The notes under the pieces: model-generated
What the model saw: the letters and a program-made list of their open reading frames with translations, nothing else
Told to the model about the DNA's origin: nothing
Databases searched by the model: none
Position numbers and translations under genes: made by a program
From: Patescibacteria group bacterium UBA3466
GTDB lineage: Bacteria > Patescibacteriota > Minisyncoccia > Phycocordibacterales > UBA918
Direction of reading: 5' to 3'
Length of the DNA: 64,000 bases
NCBI GenBank assembly: GCA_002378195.1
Contig: DFRJ01000003.1
Coordinates: 32,879 to 96,878 of the forward strand
Part shown: one piece after another, positions 41,905 through 50,765 of the stretch
Numbering within the stretch: position 1 is the first letter of the stretch
How the letters are laid out: each line of letters opens with the position of its first letter

Positions 41905-42282
41905 GCCCTTCTTGTTCTTTGACACTTTAGCGGTGTGATTCTTGGGAGCGACGATTTCAATCTTCGTTACTGGAGAGAACGTCGGTTGTTCCACCTTTGG
42001 TCTCGGCTTGATGTACGTCTTCTTGTTGTTATCAAGCCAGTACTGAATCGCCCGCAGATTGCCGTTGTTGATATGCGAAATCAGCTTGCTTTCAGCAAGG
42101 TCGTTCACAGACTGAGTGCCGCACGATAGTGCTGTATCCATTCTCGCTTTGAAGTCGGGATCCTCGTTACACCATCGATAGACAGTGTTACGAGCAATCC
42201 CAACTCGTTCACAAGCGAGTGATACGTTAGGTACCTTTTCGAGTTGTTCGAGGAACGGTAGTTCCTTTCGCTTTCGTTTCAT
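41893..42282 (-). CDS. Phage terminase small subunit-like HTH protein
   Basis: NVSLACERVGIARNTVYRW..DPDF, AESKL..I..GN..AI.YWL. Confidence 0.75.
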   Translation of the reverse strand: MKRKRKELPFLEQLEKVPNVSLACERVGIARNTVYRWCNEDPDFKARMDTALSCGTQSVNDLAESKLISHINNGNLRAIQYWLDNNKKTYIKPRPKVEQPTFSPVTKIEIVAPKNHTAKVSKNKKGSKK

Positions 42283-43549
42283 GGCGGATTACCTTTGCCT
42301 TGATGCCTGTTTCAGCTTCAAAGCGTTTAATGGTGAGGTCGCAGAAGATTGGTTCAATCTCCACCGCGAACACTCGGCGCCCTAGCTTCTCGGCGGCTAT
42401 CAGGTTACTTCCTGAGCCGTTGAAGCTATCGAGGATGATATCGTCGGTGTAGGTACAGCGACGAATCGCTTTCTCGTAGAGCAAAACTGGCTTCATCGTG
42501 CTGTGTTCGTACTCTTTGGATGAGAGACGAGCTTCAGGCCAGATGGTGAAATGGTCGTGTACTTGGTCAATGAGTGCGTTACCAGTGGTCATATCGTTAT
42601 TCATGATTTCGTTCAGCGAGTTCACCCCTTTGACCAATTTCGGCTTACCACGAGTGCCGTAGGTACACGGTTCGTAGCATTTGTTGAATGCTACCCCTGG
42701 GGTAGGGTTCTGTCCGTTCTTCAGCCACAAGCAGACACGCTTGTTGGTGATACCTAGCTCTCGGTAGAGCGTCTGGATGAGCCAGATGTATGTTTCGTCG
42801 CTCCAGTAGAAGACGTGGGCGTCTGGCTTGGTGACTGCGAGCGCTGCTTCCATGCTGGACTTGAGGAACTGCTTGTATTCAGCGTCTGACTTGCTGTCGT
42901 CTACCGTTCCTCCGTACGCCTGTTTGCCCCCGATACCTTTGTTGTAGTCAACGGCGATGTTATAGATCGGGTCAGACATAATCATGTCCGCTCGTTCGTC
43001 GCCAAACAGGCGTTCAAGCGTCTCAACCTTGGTGGAATCACCGCAGATAAGGCGGTGCTTGCCAAGCTCAATGATGTCACCTGGTTGTGTCGTCGCTTTC
43101 TTAATCTTCTTGAGCTCCTTCTCGGGTTCAAAGTCCTCTCCGACTTTTCCGTTCCAGAGATCGTCCACTATCTTCTGGTCGAATCCTAAATCTAGGAGTA
43201 TCTCAGTACTGAAATTCTTCAGTATCGGGAAGTCCCACTCACCGTCGATAGCGTTACTGGCGATAAGGTAGCGTTTGGCTTCCTCCTCGGTCAGCTTGCG
43301 GTTTGGCACACGGACGTCGATCTTCTCTTCACCGTGCCCGGTATCCTTCAGCACCTTAATACGTTGGTGTCCGGCGAGAATCGTGCCGTCGATGTCGATG
43401 GCGGGAATTTCTACCAGACTGAAGTCGCTGAGGCTCTGCTTCAAGCGCTCTGCCTGTTCCTTGCTAATCTTGCGTGGCGTATCTTTGTGGGGAGTGAGGC
43501 TGTTTACCACTCGCTCCTCGGTGTGCCACTGTAATTGTGTTGTTTGCAT
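42227..43549 (-). CDS. ParB-like domain fused to N4/N6 DNA methyltransferase (phage type)
   Basis: ILAGHQR ParB motif, LGKHRLICGDST, DPIY motif IV variant, HSTMKP, DSFNGSGS. Confidence 0.9.
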   Translation of the reverse strand: MQTTQLQWHTEERVVNSLTPHKDTPRKISKEQAERLKQSLSDFSLVEIPAIDIDGTILAGHQRIKVLKDTGHGEEKIDVRVPNRKLTEEEAKRYLIASNAIDGEWDFPILKNFSTEILLDLGFDQKIVDDLWNGKVGEDFEPEKELKKIKKATTQPGDIIELGKHRLICGDSTKVETLERLFGDERADMIMSDPIYNIAVDYNKGIGGKQAYGGTVDDSKSDAEYKQFLKSSMEAALAVTKPDAHVFYWSDETYIWLIQTLYRELGITNKRVCLWLKNGQNPTPGVAFNKCYEPCTYGTRGKPKLVKGVNSLNEIMNNDMTTGNALIDQVHDHFTIWPEARLSSKEYEHSTMKPVLLYEKAIRRCTYTDDIILDSFNGSGSNLIAAEKLGRRVFAVEIEPIFCDLTIKRFEAETGIKAKVIRHETKAKGTTVPRTTRKGT

Positions 43550-43832
43550 ACTATTGTATTGCTTATTTACTAAACAAACGAAAAGGGCCCCGCACACCGA
43601 AAATATCGGTTGTGCGGGGCCCTTATTTAAAAGGTTACCCAGCGTGGATAGTCACTTTTATTCGTTTATACATCTATTATAACAGGGTGGTTTTTCGTGC
43701 AAATATCCTTATTTTAAGCCATATCCGTTTTTCAAAATCGTTTTAAAATGAGTTGAGAATCGCTTATTCACGGCATTTAAATCACCAAAAAGAAAAAGCA
43801 CGCTCGTCCGACGGTGCTTTTTCAGGGTAGTT

Positions 43833-44105
43833 TTAAAGGTTGTTTTGGATCCATGAACCGACATTGTTTGACAAATTCCACCACGCTGCACTATCGTCAG
43901 TTACGTTAATGACAAGGAGCTTATCGTTCCGGTCGATATACGCACCGACGTCATCTCGAAATTGTTCGGCAGAACGAGCGGTTTTGATTAAGTAGACAGA
44001 GCGTACAGGCTTCGCCCAACTTGAATGCGATTCAAGAAAACCGTGTAGACGTGAGTAGTCCTTTCCGGGAGCCATCAAGTCATATGTCACCAGTAGGGTA
44101 TTCAT
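43833..44105 (-). CDS. Small Cas2/VapD-like ferredoxin-fold protein
   Basis: LLVTYDL..PGKDY..L, SVYLI, DRNDKLLVI. Confidence 0.65.
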   Translation of the reverse strand: MNTLLVTYDLMAPGKDYSRLHGFLESHSSWAKPVRSVYLIKTARSAEQFRDDVGAYIDRNDKLLVINVTDDSAAWWNLSNNVGSWIQNNL

Positions 44106-44244
44106 ATTACACATTTTCTTATGCTTGTAATGGAGAACTATTGCTGACCCTATGATACTCCCGTTTGCTAGGGTGTCAAGAGTGTAAAATAACTTGACGA
44201 TATAGGTTACTTTTTTCCTCAAAATATGATACAATAAGGGGGTT

Positions 44245-44886
44245 ATGCATCAACTACAAGAACAATTATTACTTTTGGCGAAGGGTCAGGACTTGGGTCC
44301 TTTAAGCCTCCGTCAGATTGCCAAGCTTATCGGTGCAGACGGTAAGCCACAGATTGTTAAACATCACCTGCTACAGCTCGATAAGCAGGGTCTTTTGCAG
44401 GTGAATCTTGATGAGAATGTAATAAAGCCGATTAAGCGTGGCTTCAATATGCCACAGGCAAAGCGACTATTCTTCTCGCTCCCGATTGTTGGTATGGCAA
44501 ACTGTGGTCCGCAGACTGTATTTGCCGATGAACGTGTTGAGGGGTACCTCAAAGTTTCAGCAAAGATGTTGCCTCGACGAAAACAAGATCTCTATATCTT
44601 GGTCGCTGATGGTCCGTCTATGAACAAAGCAGAGGTTCGTGAGGGAGTGACGATCGAAGATGGTGATTACGTGGTGGTAGACAGTAAAGACGTTACGCCG
44701 AAGGATGGTGAGATTGTCGTAGCTGTGATTGATGGTCTAGCGACCATCAAGCGTTTCCGTAAGGACAATAAGAACAATCGTATTGTTCTCGAAGCTGACT
44801 CTACAGAGAACTACCATCCAATCTACATCTCTGAAGATGATGAGTTCCAGATAAGCGGAAAAGTAGTTGATGTGATTAAAAAATAA
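44245..44886 (+). CDS. LexA/S24 family self-cleaving repressor
   Basis: wHTH SLRQIA..HLLQL..QGLL, ANCG cleavage site, GPSM Ser and TIKRF Lys catalytic dyad. Confidence 0.9.
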   Translation: MHQLQEQLLLLAKGQDLGPLSLRQIAKLIGADGKPQIVKHHLLQLDKQGLLQVNLDENVIKPIKRGFNMPQAKRLFFSLPIVGMANCGPQTVFADERVEGYLKVSAKMLPRRKQDLYILVADGPSMNKAEVREGVTIEDGDYVVVDSKDVTPKDGEIVVAVIDGLATIKRFRKDNKNNRIVLEADSTENYHPIYISEDDEFQISGKVVDVIKK

Positions 44887-44897
44887 GTAATAAAATC

Positions 44898-45269
44898 ATG
44901 AAAAGAGTATTTATCAGTTTTGCAATGGAAGACAAGACGTATCGAGACTTTTTAGTAGGTCAGTCAAAGAACGAGAACTCTCCATTCACGTTTGTTGATA
45001 TGTCTGTAAAAGAACCTTGGAAGTCAGAATGGAAGACAAAATGTCGTACTAAGATTAAAGGTTGTGATGGTGTAATTGGTTTGATTAGTAAAAATACACC
45101 CGCAGCTGACGGAGAAATTTTTGAGCTCAAGTGTGCATACGAAGAAGATGTGCCAGTAATGCTTATGTACATAAATGATGACCGTCCAGTGTTGCCTGCA
45201 TTTCTAAAAAATAAGCGAATTAATGTGTGGAGTTGGGCAAATATAAAAGCATTTATTTCAAAACTCTAA
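44898..45269 (+). CDS. TIR domain protein (ThsB/MTH538-like)
   Basis: RVFISF, DMSVKEPW, CDGVIGLIS, putative catalytic Glu in GEIFELKCA. Confidence 0.88.
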   Translation: MKRVFISFAMEDKTYRDFLVGQSKNENSPFTFVDMSVKEPWKSEWKTKCRTKIKGCDGVIGLISKNTPAADGEIFELKCAYEEDVPVMLMYINDDRPVLPAFLKNKRINVWSWANIKAFISKL

Positions 45270-45271
45270 TT

Positions 45272-46216
45272 ATGAAAAAAGCACTTGCAGTAGGAATTGA
45301 TGAATATCCGACAGCACCTCTGAATGGTTGCATAAATGATGCTTCTGCGTTAGCAAATACTCTCGAAAAGAATGGTGATGGGTCTCCGAATTTTGATGTC
45401 CGTCTCTTAACCAATGTCTCTACCAAATCTGAGTTTATGACAGCCATTACAGAGCTGTTTGAGGGAGATTCTGATATTGCGCTACTTTATTTTTCTGGGC
45501 ATGGGCACTTAGATTCAAAGGGTGGTTTTTTGGTGACACCCGATCATCAAAAGAATGACGAAGGGGTGTCAATGAACACAATTCTTGGGCTGGCTAACAA
45601 ATCTAAAGCAAAAGATAAGATAATCATCTTGGACTGCTGTCATTCTGGGCAATTTGGTTCTCCAGATGTCGCTGGTGAACAAACAGTGACACAAATTGCT
45701 GAAGGGGTAGTTGTTTTGACAGCCAGCAAGAATGACGAGGCGTCTGTCGAAGTTAACGGCCACGGAATCTTTACCAGTTTACTTATTGATGCCTTGCAAG
45801 GTGGTGCCGCTGATTTACGTGGAGAAATCACTCCGGGAAGTGTATACGCATATATCGATCAAGCATTAGGACCTTGGGATCAGCGGCCAGTATTTAAAAC
45901 AAATGTCTCTCGCTTTACTTCGTTAAGAAAAATTAACCCCCAAGTTCCTGCGGAAAAACTGAGAATGATTGTTGAATATTTTGAAAAGCCAGAGTCGGAA
46001 CATAAACTAGATCCAAGTTATGAATTCGATAATAAGGATATTGCTGATCCAGATAAGGTAGAGATTATGAAGGATTTACAAAAATTTGTGAGCGTAGGTC
46101 TAGTTGTTCCTGTTGGCGAAGAGCATATGTATTATGCTGCTCAAAATTCTAAATCATGTAGACTGACTGCACTTGGATATCACTACTGGCGTTTGGTTAA
46201 AGAGAAGAAGCTTTGA
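45272..46216 (+). CDS. Caspase-like protease (peptidase C14), Thoeris type IV-like effector
   Basis: KALAVGIDEY, LNGCINDA, YFSGHG catalytic His, LDCCHSG catalytic Cys; 2 bp after TIR gene. Confidence 0.9.
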   Translation: MKKALAVGIDEYPTAPLNGCINDASALANTLEKNGDGSPNFDVRLLTNVSTKSEFMTAITELFEGDSDIALLYFSGHGHLDSKGGFLVTPDHQKNDEGVSMNTILGLANKSKAKDKIIILDCCHSGQFGSPDVAGEQTVTQIAEGVVVLTASKNDEASVEVNGHGIFTSLLIDALQGGAADLRGEITPGSVYAYIDQALGPWDQRPVFKTNVSRFTSLRKINPQVPAEKLRMIVEYFEKPESEHKLDPSYEFDNKDIADPDKVEIMKDLQKFVSVGLVVPVGEEHMYYAAQNSKSCRLTALGYHYWRLVKEKKL

Positions 46217-46219
46217 TTT

Positions 46220-46681
46220 ATGAAAACAGTCAAGACAATTTCAGGTGAGATACTTTTGTATTTTTATTTATTACAGAGACAAGATGTGGGACAGCTAAAA
46301 GATGCTCGTGTGAGCTTTGGTTTTTGGCAGTCACGTCAAGATAATAATGTGTCAGGCGTGCAACTTGATAGGCGATCAGAATCAATTTTTGGAGTCGATG
46401 ACTTTAAAGAATATACAGACAATGATTTGTACAATGCAATCGTATACCTAAGTGATTCAGGCTTGATTGATTTTAAGGATTCCCCAGATAATACTGGTTC
46501 AAATTTATTTAATTTCAAAGTTTCGGCATACGGTATTGATATAGTGGAAGGTATCGAGAGAGGTGAAGAAGAAAAGAAAGTTTTTAATATGACTTTCAAT
46601 TTCAATATTAACAATGATGTAACTGTCGAAAGTTTACTTAAAGCAGAATTCGGAGCTTTGTTTAAAGCTTCAGTGCTTTAA
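46220..46681 (+). CDS. Hypothetical protein, winged-helix-like
   Basis: AIVYLSDSGLI...VSAYGIDIVE pattern; 3 bp after caspase. Confidence 0.55.
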   Translation: MKTVKTISGEILLYFYLLQRQDVGQLKDARVSFGFWQSRQDNNVSGVQLDRRSESIFGVDDFKEYTDNDLYNAIVYLSDSGLIDFKDSPDNTGSNLFNFKVSAYGIDIVEGIERGEEEKKVFNMTFNFNINNDVTVESLLKAEFGALFKASVL

Positions 46682-46691
46682 ACTCTGTGGT

Positions 46692-47267
46692 ATGTCTGAA
46701 AACAACGCACACCTCGGGGAAACGTATGAGCAAAGACTGAAGCGGTTTAACGAAAACCACCCAATTGAAGTTATTGAGACGGTCATAAACTCAATGGCGA
46801 ATCATTTTGTAAATGAACTAAGAGCTGTTTTTGATAATCCACCGAATCGTCAGACCACATTGATGTTTCTGGGCACTCACTCAATTGCGCTTACTATCTC
46901 ACATGGAATCTTCGGTGAGGATGGACTGAAGGGTTACAGGTTATTTCTTCAGAATTTTATCGATGGTAAAACCCCCGATACTCAATTCTCTGAAATAGCG
47001 GCGGAGATACATGAGTGGCGTAACGTACTTGCACATAGATGGATAAATGTAGCAGGACATAGTATTAGCTATAACTTTGATATGTCCGAAGGATGGGTTC
47101 GTGATGGAGAATTCTTGATATTGAACCCGCAAGTATATTTGAATCAATATCTGAAAGCTTTTGGTGCAGGTGGAAGAATTTATCGCTACGACCAAATCCT
47201 TACTACTGAGGAGGAATATGAAGCAGCAAAACAAAGGTTCATTTCAAAGTACGAAGACAAAGCGTAA
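46692..47267 (+). CDS. Putative HEPN-domain protein
   Basis: Helical protein with RxxxxH motif (WRNVLAH). Confidence 0.55.
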   Translation: MSENNAHLGETYEQRLKRFNENHPIEVIETVINSMANHFVNELRAVFDNPPNRQTTLMFLGTHSIALTISHGIFGEDGLKGYRLFLQNFIDGKTPDTQFSEIAAEIHEWRNVLAHRWINVAGHSISYNFDMSEGWVRDGEFLILNPQVYLNQYLKAFGAGGRIYRYDQILTTEEEYEAAKQRFISKYEDKA

Positions 47268-47505
47268 AAACTGTCACTTTTGTCACTTTTTGAGCTAAAA
47301 TAGCTATAGAACAGCTGTCCGTTTCTTGAAAAAAGCACTACGAATTTGTAAAACAATTGACCATTAAGAATTGTGGTGGGTGAGGTGTTTTTTAATGATC
47401 TGCTTCCTGATACTTGTAGTGGTCAAATAGGACAAGCCACAGCTAGTACTTTCTATAATATAGCCACGAGTACAAAATCAACCGGCTGGTGTCGTTCATG
47501 CTGTT

Positions 47506-48174
47506 ATGGGTGCAAGGTATTACGCCGGCGATACTGGACGCTTCACTTCGCAGGATCCGGTAGCATTAGCTCTAGGAGATTGGAAAACAGTTCAGGACAA
47601 GACTGGAGACAGGCTAGGCTTTTATCTTCAAAATCCCCAAACACACAACTCCTACAGTTACACAGCAAATAATCCGCTCAAGTATGTAGATAAGAATGGT
47701 GAATATATTGAGTCTGCAATTGATATAGGGTTCATTGCCTACGACCTCTACAAGATTGGAGAGGCTGTGGTAACAGGTGGTGATGTAAAAGCTGAGATTG
47801 GATACCTAGGACTTGATCTGGCTGGTTTAGCTGCACCGGGTGGTACAGGGTTTGGACTGGCGGCACGAATGGCTCTTAAGAATGGAGATAATTTCTATCA
47901 AGCTGGAAAGATTATAGAAAATATCTCCAGCTCAGATTTGAAGTCGCTCAAGTCGCTAGATAAGCAAATTCAAAATCACCAGAAAAAGCTAAATGATTAC
48001 GTCAAAAATCCAGATAAGTTTGACAACGATGGACGACTTAAAGCTGCCGGAAATAACACTGAATTACGAAATCAAATAATTAATGGTAGAGTTGATAAAC
48101 TAAATCGAGAGATTAAAACCTTTGAGGGTAATGCCGAGAAGATTATTAAAAAGTATGACAAAAAAAATGACTAA
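47506..48174 (+). CDS. Orphan RHS C-terminal toxin cassette
   Basis: First ~200 bp nearly identical to 35482-35681 of the main RHS, then a different tip after VDKNGE. Confidence 0.9.
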   Translation: MGARYYAGDTGRFTSQDPVALALGDWKTVQDKTGDRLGFYLQNPQTHNSYSYTANNPLKYVDKNGEYIESAIDIGFIAYDLYKIGEAVVTGGDVKAEIGYLGLDLAGLAAPGGTGFGLAARMALKNGDNFYQAGKIIENISSSDLKSLKSLDKQIQNHQKKLNDYVKNPDKFDNDGRLKAAGNNTELRNQIINGRVDKLNREIKTFEGNAEKIIKKYDKKND

Positions 48175-48478
48175 AACACTCACAATCAAAGGAGATGAAC
48201 TCAAGAAAGTCCTCGACAGACTTGTGATGGATGGTGATACATTTGAACTTGAAGTCGATTCTTTTTGGGAGATTAACGATGATGAAGTATACAACATTGA
48301 AGAATCTCCAAAGAATTTCAGTATTGGTCAAGTGACAGAAGAATGGGAAATGCTGAATAAGAGCTTAGAGGATGAAGACTACTATCCACTCAATACTGAC
48401 CTGAGAAATCTAGGGAGGATTTTGAAGGCGATTGGGGACACTGTCGATCAGTCAAAGACTAACGAGCAAAGAGATTAA
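48167..48478 (+). CDS. Putative immunity protein for the orphan tip
   Basis: Acidic ORF whose start overlaps the toxin stop; DSFWEI..EVY..P...IGQV.EEW. Confidence 0.7.
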   Translation: MTKTLTIKGDELKKVLDRLVMDGDTFELEVDSFWEINDDEVYNIEESPKNFSIGQVTEEWEMLNKSLEDEDYYPLNTDLRNLGRILKAIGDTVDQSKTNEQRD

Positions 48479-48487
48479 TCTCTCGCC

Positions 48488-48583
48488 TCAGCTCTTAATC
48501 ATTGAGTCATATTCTTTTCTACCAATTTGGACCGATCCACCGATCGGTCCTTTTGGTCTTTTGATTCTGTCTGCGTAGCGAAT
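48488..48583 (-). pseudogene. C-terminal remnant of a paralogous serine recombinase
   Basis: Translates IRYADRIKRPKGPIGGSVQIGRKEYDS versus IPYSERLKKPKGPIGGSIPVNRKEFDT in the intact recombinase. Confidence 0.8.
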
Positions 48584-48597
48584 TAGAAAAAGCGGGA

Positions 48598-48616
48598 CGA
48601 GTCCCTGTCGGGTAGC
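48598..48616 (+). repeat. attR-like copy of tRNA-Gln 3' end
   Basis: cgagtccctgtcgggtagc identical to 28624-28642. Confidence 0.85.
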
Positions 48617-48622
48617 AAAGTA

Positions 48623-48651
48623 TTGACATAAAGTACATAATATGTTATGAT
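48623..48651 (+). promoter_or_regulatory. Sigma70-type promoter
   Basis: TTGACA-17bp-TATGAT with extended TG. Confidence 0.7.
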
Positions 48652-48706
48652 AAAAAAGTTAGTGAATTCTCACTGACGACGATGACGATGATGATAGGGG
48701 AAAAAG

Positions 48707-49063
48707 ATGAATCATATTCTTGTTGTTAAAGATCGTGTTACAAAGAATGTTCACGTCCGTACCGCTCTGACTGAGGGTACTAGGGAGGTAGATTTCTACT
48801 TACCGCTGACAAGCAAGTCTGAGCAATATCTCAAGAATTTGTCAGATATTGGGCAGAAGCTTGTCAGGGGTGTGGCTTCAATCGAAGGCGTTACGAGTGT
48901 TCGGGTCGACCTTTACTCGATTAAGGTCATAGTGGCACCTCTCTTTGATTGGGATACTGAAATTTCGCACCAAGTCATCAGTGTAGTAAAAGACGCGTGT
49001 TACCCTCACCAAGAAGTGAGTATCACCGAGATGACATTTGATGAATTTAAAGCCGCTAGCTAG
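48707..49063 (+). CDS. Nfu/NifU N-terminal-like domain protein
   Basis: LVRGVASIEGVTSV.....SIKV.....FDW. Confidence 0.6.
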   Translation: MNHILVVKDRVTKNVHVRTALTEGTREVDFYLPLTSKSEQYLKNLSDIGQKLVRGVASIEGVTSVRVDLYSIKVIVAPLFDWDTEISHQVISVVKDACYPHQEVSITEMTFDEFKAAS

Positions 49064-49157
49064 AGAATAGCCATACTCGTAAATAAAGCCCCGTGAGTTT
49101 AAATAAAGGGGCTTTTCTTTTTATATAGTAAAAAAGTTCTAACGTCGTTTCAGACTC

Positions 49158-49272
49158 GTAGCCTGCTCAAACAGAAAACACCCAATAGGGTGTTTTCTGT
49201 TTGAGCAGGCTACTCGATAAAAAATAATCTGGAGGATTATTCCACGGGGATCGAAAAGCGGTTTGATATTTT
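49158..49272 (+). repeat. Second, diverged copy of the tRNA-Gln downstream element (no tRNA attached)
   Basis: 26-bp stem gtagcctgctcaaacagaaaacaccc-aata-gggtg...ctac, then ataatctggaggattat and cgaaaagcggtttga matching 28638-28750. Confidence 0.85.
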
Positions 49273-49352
49273 AGTTTTACTACTTCAGTTAATAAGAAAT
49301 ACCACTTTTCTTAGTGGCATTTCTTACGCTCTATACTGTAGGTATGTTTACT

Positions 49353-50093
49353 TTAGTAAGGGGCGATACCTATCAAAGCAAGACCCAAATCATTTGTTTG
49401 GTTAGATGTTGACCAGCCCAGTGTATGATTTCCTGCTGTTGAAGCTTCCTTATAACCAAATCCGTAAATACCGTAGCTATAAGTACCGTCTTGAATTGAT
49501 GTATGGTCAGTACCTGTGACTGTAGGATTATTTCCTGTGGTAGCTCCTAATACGTCCAAGATCAAGACATTGTCCTGAGTCGTCGTAATAGTCGTATCAA
49601 TACTATTGTCTGAAGCGCTGTCATATCTTGCTAGACTATCTATCGGATTGTCTAAATCAGCTCCTGTAATAGTGATAGCGGTAGCAATCACAGGTCTTCC
49701 AGCTGCGTATGCTGCCGGAAGAATATCAAGAGACACGGTTTGTGTGCCTGTAGGTGCATCTGCAAGGTAATAAATGTACGCTAACCCTTCGCCGGTTGTA
49801 GATGCAAGTGTCATAGTCTCGCCGCCGTATGTGACGCTTTCAACACTGCCCAACGCATCATATCTGTGTGAAACGAGTACAACTGCGAGTAAGTTTTCTC
49901 CAGAACTATCACCTGTATGAGAAAATGAGAAATCGTTTGTATATATGTTGCTGGTTGTTGTATTGTCGATTTCAGGCATTGCTGATGCCGATGCTTGATT
50001 AGGTAGAAGTGCAGATGCTACTAATACTCCCGATAGTAATGAGAAGAAAATACACGCTCTCTTAATGTAAAACTTTAAAAATAAATGACTCAT
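49353..50093 (-). CDS. Secreted beta-rich surface protein
   Basis: Signal peptide ending QASA; Thr/Gly-rich beta-sandwich-like sequence. Confidence 0.7.
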   Translation of the reverse strand: MSHLFLKFYIKRACIFFSLLSGVLVASALLPNQASASAMPEIDNTTTSNIYTNDFSFSHTGDSSGENLLAVVLVSHRYDALGSVESVTYGGETMTLASTTGEGLAYIYYLADAPTGTQTVSLDILPAAYAAGRPVIATAITITGADLDNPIDSLARYDSASDNSIDTTITTTQDNVLILDVLGATTGNNPTVTGTDHTSIQDGTYSYGIYGFGYKEASTAGNHTLGWSTSNQTNDLGLALIGIAPY

Positions 50094-50340
50094 AAATGAA
50101 AATAAACTTTATTTAATAAACCTCAGGTAATTACATATTTTTTTCTTAACTATTAAACGGTGTGGCTGCTAAGCGGTTAAAATTACGTTTCAACAATTGC
50201 ATATTTATAAAAACAGTTTTGGCCAGAATATTCAATTGTTAATAATGTGTTAATACTAGAAAAATTGGGAAAATTTAACATGTTACTTATGTATCACTAG
50301 ATTTGAGTAAATATGAAGTGTATAAAGAGTGTCTTTACAC

Positions 50341-50379
50341 TGTTACGTAGCATCATGTTACGTAACATGCTACGTAACA
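50341..50379. repeat. Triple array of a 12-bp palindrome TGYTACGTARCA
   Basis: tgttacgtagca-tca-tgttacgtaaca tgctacgtaaca. Confidence 0.9.
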
Positions 50380-50476
50380 AGAATAGGTAACCTAGTTTTG
50401 ATAGCTGTTTAGGGGGTTGATTTATTTAATTTAATATTTATAATGCGATCCCACCAACGGCAGACAAGGAAGAGGC

Positions 50477-50719
50477 ATGGCAGGGGTAGCAGTACAAGAG
50501 TGTGTCCCTAGACCGTTTACGGTTATCTGGAACGATAAGCCTAAGCGGGTAAAAGATATCCCAGGAGGACGCGAGGTGATATGGGGGATAACAAAAGCTC
50601 AAGCATTTTCAGCTAGATTCGGTAAGTTATACTGGATCATCGAGGAAATGGAGATTGTTGATGGTATTCAGCTTGAAGAAGATTCTGAGCCATACGACAT
50701 TCTCGCTGTAGCAGTCTGA
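50477..50719 (+). CDS. Small hypothetical protein
   Basis: AGGAAGAGG RBS, upstream TTGATT/TATAAT, downstream terminator. Confidence 0.6.
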   Translation: MAGVAVQECVPRPFTVIWNDKPKRVKDIPGGREVIWGITKAQAFSARFGKLYWIIEEMEIVDGIQLEEDSEPYDILAVAV

Positions 50720-50765
50720 TTACCAGAACAGTGACAGCAAAGCCGGCAACTGCCGGCTTTTTTAT

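Larger units (their letters stand above)
28642..48616. mobile_element. Genomic island at tRNA-Gln (toxin, defence and recombinase cargo)
   Basis: 19-bp direct repeat cgagtccctgtcgggtagc at 28624-28642 and 48598-48616; serine recombinase; mosaic base composition; accessory genes. Confidence 0.8.

Noticed and set aside
39068-44886. Complete prophage
   Set aside because: No large terminase, portal, capsid, tail or lysis genes.
48674-48695. gac/gat trinucleotide run as a phase-variable repeat
   Set aside because: Short, imperfect and outside the coding sequence; no evidence of function.
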